A stretch of DNA of 61,155 nt, counting the filler, from Fonticula-like sp. SCN 57-25 (lineage: Eukaryota), in assembly GCA_001724245.1 (NCBI GenBank). It is 4 parts of 4 records of this genome, joined end to end, with 100 filler letters (N's around TTAATTAATTAA, not from the genome) between each part and the next. Parts side by side here need not be neighbours in the genome. Positions count along the whole stretch, not along the records: positions 46,354 to 61,155 come from MEDX01000153.1; 3 more parts are not named here. The stretch is one strand, 5' to 3'. Made by a program: the position numbers and the translations under genes. Of this stretch, positions 46,354-58,998 are shown in pieces (position 1 is the first letter of the stretch; every line of letters begins with the position of its first letter). A model generated the notes under the pieces. It made no database searches. It saw only the letters and a program-made list of their open reading frames with translations, and was not told the DNA's origin.

Positions 46354-47919
46354 TGCTCCAGAGCTCTGGAGCACCTCGAGCGCCCGCGCGTGCGTTCCCA
46401 TGGCCTCGTAGAGCCTGGCTAGCGTAATGCGAACTTGCATGCGGTGCGGCTCGTGCTCGAGCACGCGCGCATACAGCTCGGCCGCCTTGTCCAGCTCTTG
46501 CAGGCGAGCATGGCATTGGGCCTGAAGTAGCCACCGCTGGGGATTGTCAAACTCGGCGTGCCCGCTGAGCTTGTCCAGCCAAGAGAGCGCGCTCTTCCAG
46601 TGCTGCATCTGCGCAAAGACCTGGCCAATATCCATGCACGTTTCGGGGCCTATTGTCGAAAGATTGTCTGCAAAAGAAACAGGTGTCAGCTCGAGCAACG
46701 TCAGCCGGTAGTGCGAGCGAACCGGCATCGTCGGCGCCGGCGCTCGTCGGCATGGCGGACAGCGGCGCCAGGATGAGCTGCGCGTCGTCCATGTTGCCGA
46801 GATGAATATGCGCAATGGCAACCTTTGCGTGGAGCGAAGGAGGAACAGGGGTGCGCGTGGCGGAGAAGAGCTCCATGGCCGCCTCACTTACCGTTGTGAT
46901 AAGCGCTTCATAATTTGGTTGCAAGAGGAGCAGATCGGCGAGCAGCTCGAGGTCCGCCATTGACACTCGCTCCGTGCTCTCCTGCTGCTGCTGCGGTGGC
47001 TGGTGCTGCTGGAAAAGCGACCTTATATGGTGGCGAACGATGGGCATGAAAATAGCAATGGCTGTCGCGACCTCATTGTTCGCCTTGTGAATCGCAACGA
47101 GGGAGCGAGCGGCGTCAAGGTCGTTTGGTAGCGACGAAAGAACGGCGCGGAATCCATCTGCGGCGCGGCGCAAATCGTCGCTGTCTTGGTACAAATGAGA
47201 GCGGGCGCGAAGCGTGTCCAGATCCGACGGCTGCAGCTGGAGCGCCTTGCTAAAACAGTACGTTGCCTGCTCGCGCAGGTTGAGCTGACAGCTCAGGTAG
47301 CCGGTGCGCCTCCAAAGGTCCGCGTCCCCTCGGCTGAGGTGCGCGGCAATAAGATAGTACTGAAGCGCGCGCGCAATGTCACCCGACTCTTCAAAAATAA
47401 GACCAATGGTGTTGTACGAGGATGGCACGGTCGGCGCCTGGCGAATCACCTCGCTCAACAGGCGGACGGCCTTTGGAAAATCGCGCATCACATAAGCCAT
47501 ATTCGCCTCGCCCACCAAGGAGGTCAAGTGAGGCGGGACCTCATCGAGACGCCGCCGCTGCCAAATGAACATGCGTCAGCAACAGATGACAAGGAGCGAA
47601 CGAGGCGCACCCCAAGACGACCCTTTTGGCGCTTGTGCTTGGTCAGATTCGCCGCATTGATAATGTCATCCAAGTCGCCGAGGCGCTCCGTCTGAGGGAG
47701 GTCCAGCGACTTGATCTGCCGGATCGCTCGCAGCATATCTAGCCCGCTGTGCGTGCGCGCCCCCTGTAGTGCCGGCAGGGTGGACGAGCTCGCCTTCGCG
47801 GATGGCGCCTGAGCCTCGTCCTCTTCATCGTCATCCTCAAAGCTACCATCCGAAATCTCCTCCTCCTCCTCCCCTACGTCGTCGTCGTCTGTGTATTCGT
47901 CGGCACTCTTGCTCGCCAT
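46354..47919 (-). CDS. GTF3C3: TFIIIC TPR subunit (Tfc4/GTF3C3), 3'-truncated
   Basis: Acidic N-terminus, GEANMAYV, EVIRQAP, LIAAHL, TPR array. Confidence 0.88.
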
Positions 47920-47987
47920 GCTTGCCGCGTCAAAGGGGCAACGGTCCACTCGCGAGCGCTGGCGCGCAAATTGTTTGCCGTCACGTG

Positions 47988-49085
47988 ATGTCGACGGAGG
48001 CGCGGGAACTGGAGGTGGTCGCCGAGTACCTTGCAGAGACGCGATGCTATGAGCCTCTCGCGCGTACGCCCCGCGCGCTCTTTTTTTCGTTGTCTACTTG
48101 CTAACCTATACTGTCTTGACCAGTGTTATCTGTAAAGCCCGCTCTAGCTTCGTGGTTCGCGGCCAGCACGAATGCTCATCTTACGTCGATCCATGCCGCG
48201 ATAATGCGGCAACAGGTTCTGTCGGCCCTTGAGCTGCTGCAAGAGCTGGTTCATATTGTGGGAAGCCAGAGCAGTGTGTTTGACCATGCGGTTTCTCGCC
48301 TCACCACGCTGCTTCGCGCACTACACGTCCTCCAGCAGCTCTCGAGCGGATCGTTTGACTTTGGCCATTCGCTTTGCACCATCAACCGCTTCTTCCCTCA
48401 CGGGTGCGTTCATACGTTCTAGCGACTGGGTACTGTCTTTTCTGACATGTTACTGTGCAGATCGACCACGTCCGGCTCGCCGCTGCAGCGAGAACTCCTC
48501 CTTCGCGCGTTGGATGAAGCGACGGACGCGACGGGCGACGCCGAGCGCCCCACGACCCGGCGCCTCGAGTCGTATCTCACAGCGCCCGTCATCTGGGCGG
48601 CATTTGACGACCTATGCAGGGTGCTGCGTCCGCGCACGCCGATCTCGACCGTGATGTCGGCCGCTCGAGCGAACCCGCCAAATCTCTCTGGCTCCGATGT
48701 GCGGATCGCCGACACGCCGAGCTCAGGCGAAACGTCGACACAATCGCGCACGCCGCTACGCATGAATGCAATGATGTTGCCGTCGTCGCAGGGGTCGCAG
48801 GAGGTGAGCATGAGCGGCCCGCGGCAATCGCCGGCGGATAGAGCCACCGCCGTGCCCCGAGCGTTCGCCACCTCCGACTCTAGCAAACATGTCGATAGTA
48901 GCGAGGAGATCATCATCGGCGGGAGACCGGGGAGGCGCGTGCTCTCGCTCGCATTGGAGAGTGATGCGGGTAGCCAGTCGCAAGCGCGCACTGACGAGAG
49001 CGATGCCGATGCAACGCCGCCTCGTTCGCGCCGAAAGCTAGAAGAACCAGCAGACTGCATCGTTCTTATTCCAGCGATGCGCTAG
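47988..49085 (+). CDS. Hypothetical protein with helical N-terminus and disordered C-terminus; 2 introns
   Basis: ORFs joined by GTACGC..CAG and GTGCGT..CAG introns; no family recognised. Confidence 0.6.
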
Positions 49086-49221
49086 CTCGACTTTTATTTT
49101 GCATGCTCTCTGTATATTTTGTATAGTAAATTTGCTGTTTATCTATTTATTTTTCTGGCCCACCCTTCAGCATGCCAATATTCAACGCTTCCAGCTGATC
49201 ATTATGGCCACGTGGTGAGCC

Positions 49222-50298
49222 ATGGCTCACGGATGGGTGGAGGCCATCCCGGCTCGATGGGCGCGCCCGGCCGGGATCGCCGGACTATTGTGCGGCCTTT
49301 TATCCTGGTCGACCCTTGTACGCCCTATAATACATTCGCGGCCCTAGTGATGCTAACGTGGGGTCTAGGGAGGAATGTTGCTGCTGCTTGATTGCGTCGC
49401 CCCGCTGACGCGGGCGGCTTGGCGCGCACAGGCTGCGGCGATCCCGTTCCTCGTCTTCTTTATCCTGCAATGGTCCTTTGGCTCTAATCCGCCCCTTTCG
49501 TCTCTCTCGCCCCGGTCCTTTTACCCGGCACTGCTGGGCGCGGCGGTGGCGTTTGCTGGCGTCGGCACATTGTGGATCTGGTCTCTGTCCAACACGACCC
49601 TCGCCCAGAGCTATTTGCTGAGCAACGTTCACGGGCTTCTCATTGTCCTGCTTGACCTTGTCCTTCGCCAGCCTGTTTCATGGCTTGAAGGCATTGGCAC
49701 GCTAGTGGGCTTTGCAGGCGCCGGCCTCACGCTCCTGGACGACACGGGCGGGTCGGACTCTGAGGCCTCGTGGAAGGGCAGCCTTGCCGCGTTCCTCTCC
49801 GCCGTGTGCCTCGTCGCGTACTTCAAGTGCCTGCGCATTTCGACGTCCCAGGCGCCCATGCTGCTTGTCATGATGCCTGTGACCTTTGTCAATGCGTTTA
49901 TCGCCTCGCTGGTCGCGGTGATCGGCGAGGGCGCCACCATCGACGCAGACCCGTGCACCGGCCTCTTTGGGTGGGCCACCGACACCTGGTGGTGGATGGC
50001 GCTGTACCTGACGCTCCCCGTCGGCGCGTTCGGCATTCTCGGGTACACGCTCGCGCTGCAGGTGCTCCCGGCGCTGCTAGTGTCCATTTTCATGCTGCTC
50101 GAGCCCATCATCGGCGTCGCGTTCGGGCTCATCATCGGAGTCAACGGGCCGCCGGGCACGTGGACCTACGTCGGAGGCGCAATCCTGCTGGCGGGAACGG
50201 CCGCCGTCACCTACGGGGCGCACAAGAGCTCGCAAAAGGTCATTTCAGAGTCGACCGACGCAACCCCTCTCCTCGACGATGCCGCCATCAACACTTAA
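49222..50298 (+). CDS. EamA/DMT-superfamily transporter; 1 intron
   Basis: About 10 hydrophobic helices; AAWRAQ, WSLSNTTLAQSYL, SIFMLLEPIIG. Confidence 0.85.
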
Positions 50299-50476
50299 GA
50301 CACATACCACTTCCCTTTTTAGAGCTTTTTAACCTTGTGTACATACATTTTGTTAATGTGATATTTTGATGCGACATAAATACACTCTCCATTTTCGAGC
50401 CGCAAAGTGATCCTATGCTACTATATTCTTTATGCCCATAAAACAAAAGGGAAGTGCCAATATGCCAATATTTAAA

Positions 50477-51652
50477 CTACACGGTAACATACTTGATCAA
50501 CACGCCTGCGACGGTTGTGGACGACCGGTCCATCGTCTCGCTCTCCGCGAGCACGACCAGTAGGACTCCGCCCTTGCGCACCATCAGCGCCAGCTCGTTG
50601 ATGGAGCGCCCACCCGCGTATGCATGCGCCACGACGACCAAGTCGTAGTTGTCGCCCTCTGGTACGCCCTGCTCGAGCACGTGCATGTGCGCAACCCCCC
50701 CAATTCCCCTGTGCACCTGAATGCGCTCCTTTAGCCGCGCGAGAACAACCTCGGATACGGCGAGCGCCTTGACCGACGACGCCCCGCTCGCGGCCAGTTC
50801 AAGCGCGACCAGCCCTCGCTCGCACGACGACATGTCTAGTACTGACGCGGTGCTGGTCAGCTGGACCGTCTCCCGGACAGCGCTCACGATGCGCCTGGCG
50901 CGCTGGACCGCCTCGTCGGGGTCGCTCCAGGCCGCGGCAATGAGGTCGAGCGGCCACAGCCGCTCGAGATCGTCGCTTACGTCGACGATTTCCTGCCATC
51001 CCGACACGCGCCGCACGCCACCGGACGCAAAGACGCTGTCGTTCGCGGCGCACTGGTTCCACGGGTACGTCCCGTCGAGGTCAAAAAGGAACACGCGGAC
51101 GCCGCGGGCGGCGCAGTCGCGAGCTGTCGACAAACTGTCGTCCACGAGCGCCACGGCGCCAAGCTCGTGGCACACTTCAGACTTGCGGCGCGCTTTGAGG
51201 TCACCAGAGCTCGCCTCCTCGGGTGTCAGGTAATGGTTACACATGAAGAGCGCGTCAATCAGCCCGGCAAAGTGGCGCTCTAGAAATGCTGACGTGTCGG
51301 CGCGCAGGGAATCTTGCCGCGCAGTCACAACCGCGATGCGGAAGCGAGGATAAAGCTGTTTAATGGCCTCCACCGAGCCTTTGATGCTAACAAGGTTGTG
51401 CGCAACGTCGGAAGCATAAAAGTTGCGAACTTTTTCCACGGCCTCCTGCGGCGTGCCGCCCCAGACCTTCTCGTACTCGTACGAAGTAAAGTCTGAGAGA
51501 TGGAGATTGGTCTTGTAGAGATCATTGTGAAAACGAATTAGCGCCGGGGTTGTCTCGCAGAGGACTTCGTCAAGGTCAACCGCCAGGAGCGGCAGCATGG
51601 CACGCTCGGGCGCGGTAAATGCTGCCTGCAGCATCGCATTCGTCGCCAGCAT
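50477..51652 (-). CDS. HAD 5'(3')-nucleotidase (NT5C-like) with a C-terminal methyltransferase-like domain
   Basis: AVDLDEVL, VVTAR, KSEVC, LVDDS, YPWN, then VLDMSSCERGLVALELA..YDLVV..RKGGVLLV. Confidence 0.78.
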   Translation of the reverse strand: MLATNAMLQAAFTAPERAMLPLLAVDLDEVLCETTPALIRFHNDLYKTNLHLSDFTSYEYEKVWGGTPQEAVEKVRNFYASDVAHNLVSIKGSVEAIKQLYPRFRIAVVTARQDSLRADTSAFLERHFAGLIDALFMCNHYLTPEEASSGDLKARRKSEVCHELGAVALVDDSLSTARDCAARGVRVFLFDLDGTYPWNQCAANDSVFASGGVRRVSGWQEIVDVSDDLERLWPLDLIAAAWSDPDEAVQRARRIVSAVRETVQLTSTASVLDMSSCERGLVALELAASGASSVKALAVSEVVLARLKERIQVHRGIGGVAHMHVLEQGVPEGDNYDLVVVAHAYAGGRSINELALMVRKGGVLLVVLAESETMDRSSTTVAGVLIKYVTV

Positions 51653-52245
51653 CGTTGTTCAGAAATCGGCGGGAAAACTGAACAGAAAGTGACCAATCAG
51701 CTTGCATTGCTGACGATATGAAGCGCAACACGGCGCCAGAATCTTTCCATAATGTGATACTAGGCACAAGGCCACAGATACCCTTGAATAGACGCATTCC
51801 AAATACAACCCCGCATCTGTTATTTTGGGAGAGTGTATAAACGGGATTACGCCAGCGACGAATGTGTACTAAATAGAAATTTCGGGACAGAGGCGCGTTT
51901 TAAAACGATCCTCCACACTTACCTGCCCTTGGAATGGCAACAAAACATCTCTATTGCAAAGCGATAGTGGTATATGCTTCTTTGCCAGTGGACCACAACT
52001 TACCTTGACACCAAGAGAGTGGCTACTGTATGACTGTAATTATGCAGTATTTATTCCGTGATAGGCGGATTCTTTTGACGAGCTTGAAATGCTGTGGAAT
52101 GATGAGCCAAGTTCGTCAAGTTCGCCATTCAAAGAGAAAATTGGACGGGTAAGCACGCCGAGTATTCAACGAAAAGTTTTCAACGGGGAATTTATTTGCA
52201 CTGGCGGCACCCGTATGCCGTCAGAGCCGATACACAGAAACAGCT

Positions 52246-53028
52246 TTAAGCGCGCTCCTGGCGCTCGGCACGGTCACCGCGGGGGCGGCGCTCGCCCTTG
52301 GCGGGGGCAGCAGAGGGCTGGGCAATGGAAACGTTGGGGATACCGCCAAAGTCGATCGACTTGAGCATAGCCATGGTGTCAGCATCAACCTCAATCGAGT
52401 CAGTGTTGAGGGCCGAGGTCTCGGGGACCCAGTTGTCACGGCGCTCGCGCTCCTCCTCCTGAAGCTTGAACGAGATGCCGCGGACGGGGCCGCGCTGGAT
52501 ACGCTTCATAAGGTGTGTGGTGAAGCCGGCAATCTTGTTGCGGAGGGGCTTCGACGCAATGATGGCGACCTCATCGCAGATGCGCTTGTTGGTCTGGAAG
52601 TCGAGCGTAAGGCGAGGGTAGTACTTCTCGACAATAACGCGCGAGGCCTTCTTGACCGTCTTCGTGCGGACGCGACCCTACAGAGGAAAACGCGCGTCAA
52701 TCACCATGCCCAAAACGCGATGATCACAGGGTCATATCCCAGCAAACCACAGCTCACAAGGTCAAAAGTGCAACAAACGACACCAAAAACATCCGCGGGC
52801 ACAGCATAAGCACAGATGCGCAGAAAACGCAGCTGGATGCGCGGCTGGATGCACCGATGCACCGGCACAGCCACGCCCGGATCCATCGTGCATCCGCCAG
52901 CGCATCCATCAGTACAGCGGCAATCTACCGAACCCAGCGCTCCTCGCGGGCCATCCGCCGACAAACCCTCCTCCCACGCCCTTCACTGCTCCCACAAAAC
53001 GCCTACGATGAGCTCCCCGACGTACCAT
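52246..53028 (-). CDS. RPS17: 40S ribosomal protein S17 (ATG-only first exon; intron 52678-53025)
   Basis: [49 protein letters not shown]. Confidence 0.98.
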
Positions 53029-53108
53029 GGTGTCTGGCTACTTGCAGGACCTGGTGAAGGTGAGAGAGAGAGACTCGCACACTCCTGCAATCCAGAAAAG
53101 AACGATCC

Positions 53109-53139
53109 AAAATCGCATGCGATTTTCAGTCGCATGCGA
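53109..53139. promoter_or_regulatory. Tandem TCGCATGCGA palindromes upstream of RPS17
   Basis: 18-bp perfect palindrome AAAATCGCATGCGATTTT plus a second core; same core upstream of RPT3 (33519). Confidence 0.55.
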
Positions 53140-53704
53140 TTTTGACCAGATTTTGACGATATGCGCTGTCAGCAAAGTGGACGGCTACAGGCTGGCGAGA
53201 GGCGTCGAGAGGTGCGAGAGGCAGGCGAGAAGGAGCTAAAGGGGCGAGTTGCCGCTGCACCTGATGCGCATCCGCTTGCCAGTTTGCGAAGGCAAAAGCT
53301 ACGCTTGTGTCGATTTTGATGTATTTGGTAGTATTTTGTGAGATGGCGGCACAGATGCCCAACCTACAATTCAGTGTCCTCAAAAGTGTGGAAAGGAATG
53401 TGACGGCATCGGTCAAGTTGTGCGGGTTTGCTTCACACCGACGTGTGTTTGGTTATTTTGTTGGGTAATCTAAGCTGGGTGGCTCAATCATCACCGGTGA
53501 AGAGCGCTTGGTTTCGAGAACACTCGTTTCCCGCCAAAATATCTCGTATACCATTTTGCCCGCTGAGTAGCTTTACCACGCTCGCGTGTTGTCCAAAATG
53601 AGTGTATGTTTGCGTAATGCATCATTTTGAATTTTGTAATGCAACTACATAATGATTCGTACAAGTACAGCATAAAATGACAAATTTGTACACAAATATC
53701 CACG

Positions 53705-55402
53705 TTATGGCGCTTGCTGCGGCAAGACGAGCTCGTGGTCAGGCGCCAAAACTCCGAGCACGTCCCGCGCCAGCTCAAACATCTGGTCCGATGATGGCAG
53801 CGCCACGACCATTCGCGCTACGAGCTGTTAGCAAACACGCGCACAAGGTGGCGCTACCAGCGCACCCATTGAGGCAATAATAGTGGTTCGGAATGGCCGC
53901 ATGCTCGTCTGCGCCGCCTCCTTCTTGGCCGGCTCCTGCGCAATCGTGAGGTGGAGCACCGCTGCTCCCTCCTGCATTGCGAGTCCCGCCACATCATCCG
54001 ACTCGGCCATCGCCCGAACCACGCATTCCAGCGCGGCCTCTGGCAGACCGCCCTTGAGCCGGACGATGGCAGCGCTCAGCAGCGCGTACACGGCCGCCCT
54101 CGGCGCGTCCTTGTAAAGAAAAGGGTCGAGCAGGCGGGCGGCGCCAACCACGGCCGCCGATACCCGCCGGTCTTCGCCGTCCACATCGCCGCCGCCGTGG
54201 CGCAATATGAGTAGCAGTATACGAATGGCGGCCTGCTGCGCGCAAACAGGAAGAGTAATAATGTCAGCGTCGAGAACGCCGTCCGGCGCCCAAACATCGG
54301 CCAGCACTGACAAAGAAGCGTCGCTGGTCGTCGTTGATTGGGCCATAAACATCTCTGCGAGGTCCGCGAGCTCGCCCAGCAGGCGCGCGGCCGTCTCCCG
54401 GTGCGCCACTGTCGCGCCTACGTGTCGAGGAGTTGTTCCCAGTGCAGCAGAAGCGCCGACACTGTGCTTGAGCGCTAGCCGGATCAACGCGCTGATCGAT
54501 GCGTCCGACGTGCGCAGCGACCGGTCAGCGCAGCGGGCAAACGTGTCGGACGAGGCGCAGCCTTGCCGCAGCAACGAAACCACCAAGTATATATCCAGAA
54601 GGGACTCTGCGGCAAAAAACTCTGCAATAAACAACACAATGGCATCGACAACATCGCCCGGCCAGGGCGATGACGACGGTGCGTCGCCGGACCCGCGGGC
54701 AAGCGCCACGCAGGCACGAAAGAGGCGTCGCGAGAGAGGGGCGTTCTGCGCGTCGTCATCTGAGCGTAATAACAAAAAGAGAGGCGCTACTAGTGCGTCA
54801 GAGTCTTGCATTGGTACTGCGACGAGGCAGTCGCTCAACGCCAAAAAGGTCGAGTATGATCGATGAAGCGATGCATCAAGGATCAAAGGAGCGGCCGTGG
54901 CCGAACCATCTTCCTTGGCCGGAGGCGACGCAGCGCGCGAAGCTACCGCATCGTACTCTCGTTTACTTGGCGACGTGCGCTGCTTCTTTCGTGAGCTGAC
55001 GGCAAAGGCATCCGGGTCGGGAACAGACACTGTCGGTGTGTCAGCGCCACCACCCAGCTCTCGCTTGGGAAACACGCGATCAGGCTCGTGCATCTGCAGC
55101 TGTGAGCGAAGATCGTTTATTTCGCGCTTAAACGTCGCCTCCCGCTCCATTGCCTGCATCATTTGCTGTTCTATCCTCCTTTGGCCGTCCTCTGATGCGC
55201 GCCGCGCATTCTCCTCGAGCACCCGGATTTGATCCCGCAAGTTTGCGACTTCGCCCAAGCGAGAGTAGTGAGCCGCGTCATCGCGCGACGGCGGCACCGA
55301 CGCAGGCAGCGGCTGAGAACTCAACTCAACTAAGTGGCGCAGGTTCTCTGGGTCCTGGAACAGATCATCGCCATTGAACTCGTCGTCATCGTCGATGTTC
55401 AT
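53705..55402 (-). CDS. ATRIP/Rad26-like checkpoint protein; 1 intron near the 3' end
   Basis: Acidic DDEFNGDDLF N-terminus, GEVANLR coiled coil, HEAT-like body, spliced tail IIASMARMVV..FELARDVL. Confidence 0.62.
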
Positions 55403-55628
55403 GCCGCGCAGCAATGCTGACGTCACGGTTGTGATTGCGCGCCAAACCGGCCTGGCCTATTCAAGCTTTATAGCCACAAAAGAGAAATGGACAACACAAT
55501 AAAATAAATAGGCGCCCATGACGTATAGACGTGAGAATGCTCGTGGAACAAAAAAGTTTTTTTAAGTATATGAACCGCGCATATCTGCCCTGTCCGTTTT
55601 ACAACCTGGTTTATTGATGAACGAAACA

Positions 55629-58212
55629 TTACTTTGAAGCGAAAGAGACTTCCGGGACAACACCCAGCGCCACTGCCGACACCATTGTGTGCAAGGTGGC
55701 GCCGACACTTCCCCTCCTGCCCATCTTTTGTGCATTCTCGCGCTCCTTGCTGCGATCCCCCATTGGTCAGCCCCACGAAAAAGACAGCAATAAACGCACG
55801 CTGCGGCCATGGCGTTCTTCTCCTCCGCCAGCGTCGCCTTGCGGTACTCTCTTCTCAGCCACGGGACATTCGTCTTTTGCATCTCTTCCATGTACCTTGC
55901 CGCCGTCTCTGCCGGGCTCTCGTCATGCGCGGCCGGCGCTACCACGACCAAATTAGCACAAACCAACCACCTTTATGTCGCGTACCGGCGGCCGCATCGC
56001 CGTCGCACCCGTCCCCGACCCAGTACCGCTTGATGCACTTTTCCCAGCCGCTTCCCCTGACGCTCGCCGCCGCAAGCTCGCACATGTCGACGCCGCTGAG
56101 CCGCCAGATCTGCGCGGCGATGCTGTACTCTTCCATCAGCGGCTCGCGCGTGTAGTGGAACTGGAGCGGGTCGTCCGTCGACAGCGACACATTCAGCCCG
56201 CGCCGAAAGTAGGTCGGGAAGGGGTTCCGGTCAAACGACAAAAAGAGCGCATTGTTCGAAAGCGGCGACACATACAGCGGAACCTGCGCAATATAATAGC
56301 TTGAAAAACACAAAAAGTCGTCAGTCACATTGCACTCTTTGCCGCTATATGGCATTAGTATGCGCGCGTACAGATATTGGAGCGCCGGCACCTTGCGAAG
56401 CAGAATTCCGTGCGCGATTCCCTTGGCCACCAAAAATGCGACGGCGAGGTTCTCGAGGGCCTCGTTGCCCGCCTCGCCGCAGTGCGGCCGCAGCTGAAAC
56501 GTATTGAGGCCCCGCGACGCGCGCAGCTGATTCAGCGTCGCCAGATTGGACGCCATGTAGTGCAGGTAGTACGAGTACGGCGGGTCCTCGGGCCCGTCCC
56601 ACTGCGCAGGGACAACAACTGTGCAAGGGTGAGCCAAAAATAGCGCGAGAGCAGCAAAATAAATACCTTTGCCCGACCCGCCGAGCTTGCCTGTAGGCCG
56701 GCTCTCGTCGTCCACAGAGTCAAACCCGACGACATGCTGCAGAAACTGGCTCAGCTCGGGGTGGCGCGAAGGCTCCACGGTCGCTTCGAAAAGCGGCTGG
56801 AAAAAGTCTATCGAGTGTGTCAGAAAGGGCGCTGGGCAGCGGGCAGCGCACTGTCGAGGAGCTCTCCAAAGTTGCTGACGTCGCCGTTGCGCTTGTAGAT
56901 GCTGTAGAGGCGCGGCATCTGGATGAGCCAGCGGACATTCGGCGAAAATACCCTGTGCGAGACAATCCACTTTGCGAGCTTGGTCCATTCGGCGCGCGAC
57001 CTGCCGTAGATCGATACGCGGTACTCGGCCATCTGGTACTTGCTGTCTTCCAGGTCCTTCATCACCTCTGTACAAAATGAAATTCGACAACAATGGTAAG
57101 CAAATGCAATGTTAATTTATTTGGCGCACCTTTGATGAGCTCGGCAAAGTACCGACCGCCAATGTAATTGTCCGTCTTCAAAAAGATCTCGCGCAGGCGG
57201 CTGCTTCCCATTGGGTTGTACTTTAGGTTAAACTTGTCAAAGCGGTGAAAGGCCTCCTGGTGCGCGTGCATGTCGAGCGTGTCGATGGAGAGGCTCTGCG
57301 CCGTGATGCCGAGCGACTCAAAGACCTGCTCCAGCGTCAGGTGCTGGTTGTCGCGAAAGATGACAATGTCCTGTCAAACAAAAGAAATTGAGAATGCTGC
57401 CGCTAAACAAGCCAGTTAAGCGCACATTGCCGCTCTTGCGCAGCTTTGCCTTGATAAACCGCAAAAGATGCTTTTGGTTCATGCAGGACGCGAGGTGGAC
57501 GTGCGTGTCCACCTTGCGCACATTGTAAAAGTCGCGGTGCGGCACCTTTTTGTTGCACAGCTTTTCCGCTGCATCGTTCAGCAGGCGGTGCATCCTAATA
57601 CAAAACAATTAGTAGCTGATCACAGGGCGATAGGCATGCGTACTCAAATTTGGACTCGAGCAGAGCCAGGCGGCGGAACGCAAACGACTTGACGGGGCCG
57701 TCGCTGACGATCGAGACCACCTTGCGCAAGTCATGGTAAAACTCGTCGACCGAAGGAGGCCTGTGCATGACCTCGTCGTCGTCCTGCTCGGCGCCCTCGG
57801 CGCGCCGCTTGAACACGAGGAACACGCCGTCGACCTGCTTAAAGTGGAGCTTGTCAGCGGCATCCGCCGGCATGGGCTCCTCAAAGGGGCTGAACGGCGG
57901 CGTCTGCCCATCGATCACCGCCGAGACCCGGTGGTCCATGGGGTTCTGGCCGGGACCCTGAAACGTCACTTGCTCATATTTGTGGCGAAGCGACGTGCAG
58001 TCGTCAAGCCGGCAGAGCACATCGTCCAGGTCCTCAGAATCATCGGCGACCGCTGTAATCGCAACGCGCCGAAATGGGACTTCAGATTCGGCGGCAAGGA
58101 CCGGGTTCTTTTGCAGATTCTGCGCGACGACCTTGAGCACCTGCTGCTCAAGCTGCTTCTCCGCGCGGTAGGTATAGGTGGGGTCGGCCTCCGCCGCGGC
58201 CGGTGCCTGCAT
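55629..58212 (-). CDS. AMD1: AMP deaminase, multi-exon
   Basis: [49 protein letters not shown]. Confidence 0.96.
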
Positions 58213-58998
58213 TGTGTAAACAGGATTTGACACATTATTGACCAATGAAAACGCGTTAAGCTTTTATCTGACCAATCAGGGTATAGTTATGCGTCAATTA
58301 AACGCGGATTAGCATTGCAACAGCCAGGAGTAGCACAGAGCAATAAAATTGATATGCCCGTCATTATCTCGCTGCGTACAACATGAAAATGTACAAGCTA
58401 TGCGCCTACCTTGATTTTTTCAAAATGCAAATCTTGGATCAAGTGGAATCACTGGTTTGATCTTTAGTTGAACGTATAGTATAAAGTAAAGTTACCGTAT
58501 ATTTCAAAAAAAGAGGCGCCTTTTTTCAGCATTCTACTATGCAAAACTATGTTTCACGTCTCACTGTGACTCGGCTCACACAATATCGTATTGATTAGAT
58601 TCACTTTGAAAGACCTCCCCTATGATGGAGGTCGAATGTGCATATGCACCGCCAGCGCAGCATCGCGTTGGCCCCTTTCTAGCCACTGTACGTCACACAG
58701 CATCCACAATTGGGCTATTCACACTGTATAGAAAGACTCTTAAACACATTATTTGACTCGTTCTTTCGTAATTGTCTTTTGTAATTGGATGTATGGGACA
58801 GAGAGTTTTGCTTTTTGGTTGTTTATAGTTTTCCGACAGTGCTACAAAGTACACCTTTGGAATGTGCAGGCCAAAACCAAGCCCGGGGCTTGATCGTTTC
58901 AGCCAAACATTGCACATCTGAAACTGCAACGACGAACAAAGATAAGAACAAAAAGGGTTGAACAACAATTATGAACAGCAGCCATGAAAATAAACGGC

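Noticed and set aside
52678-53025. snoRNA in the RPS17 intron
   Set aside because: No clear C/D or H/ACA box arrangement; only the hairpin is reported
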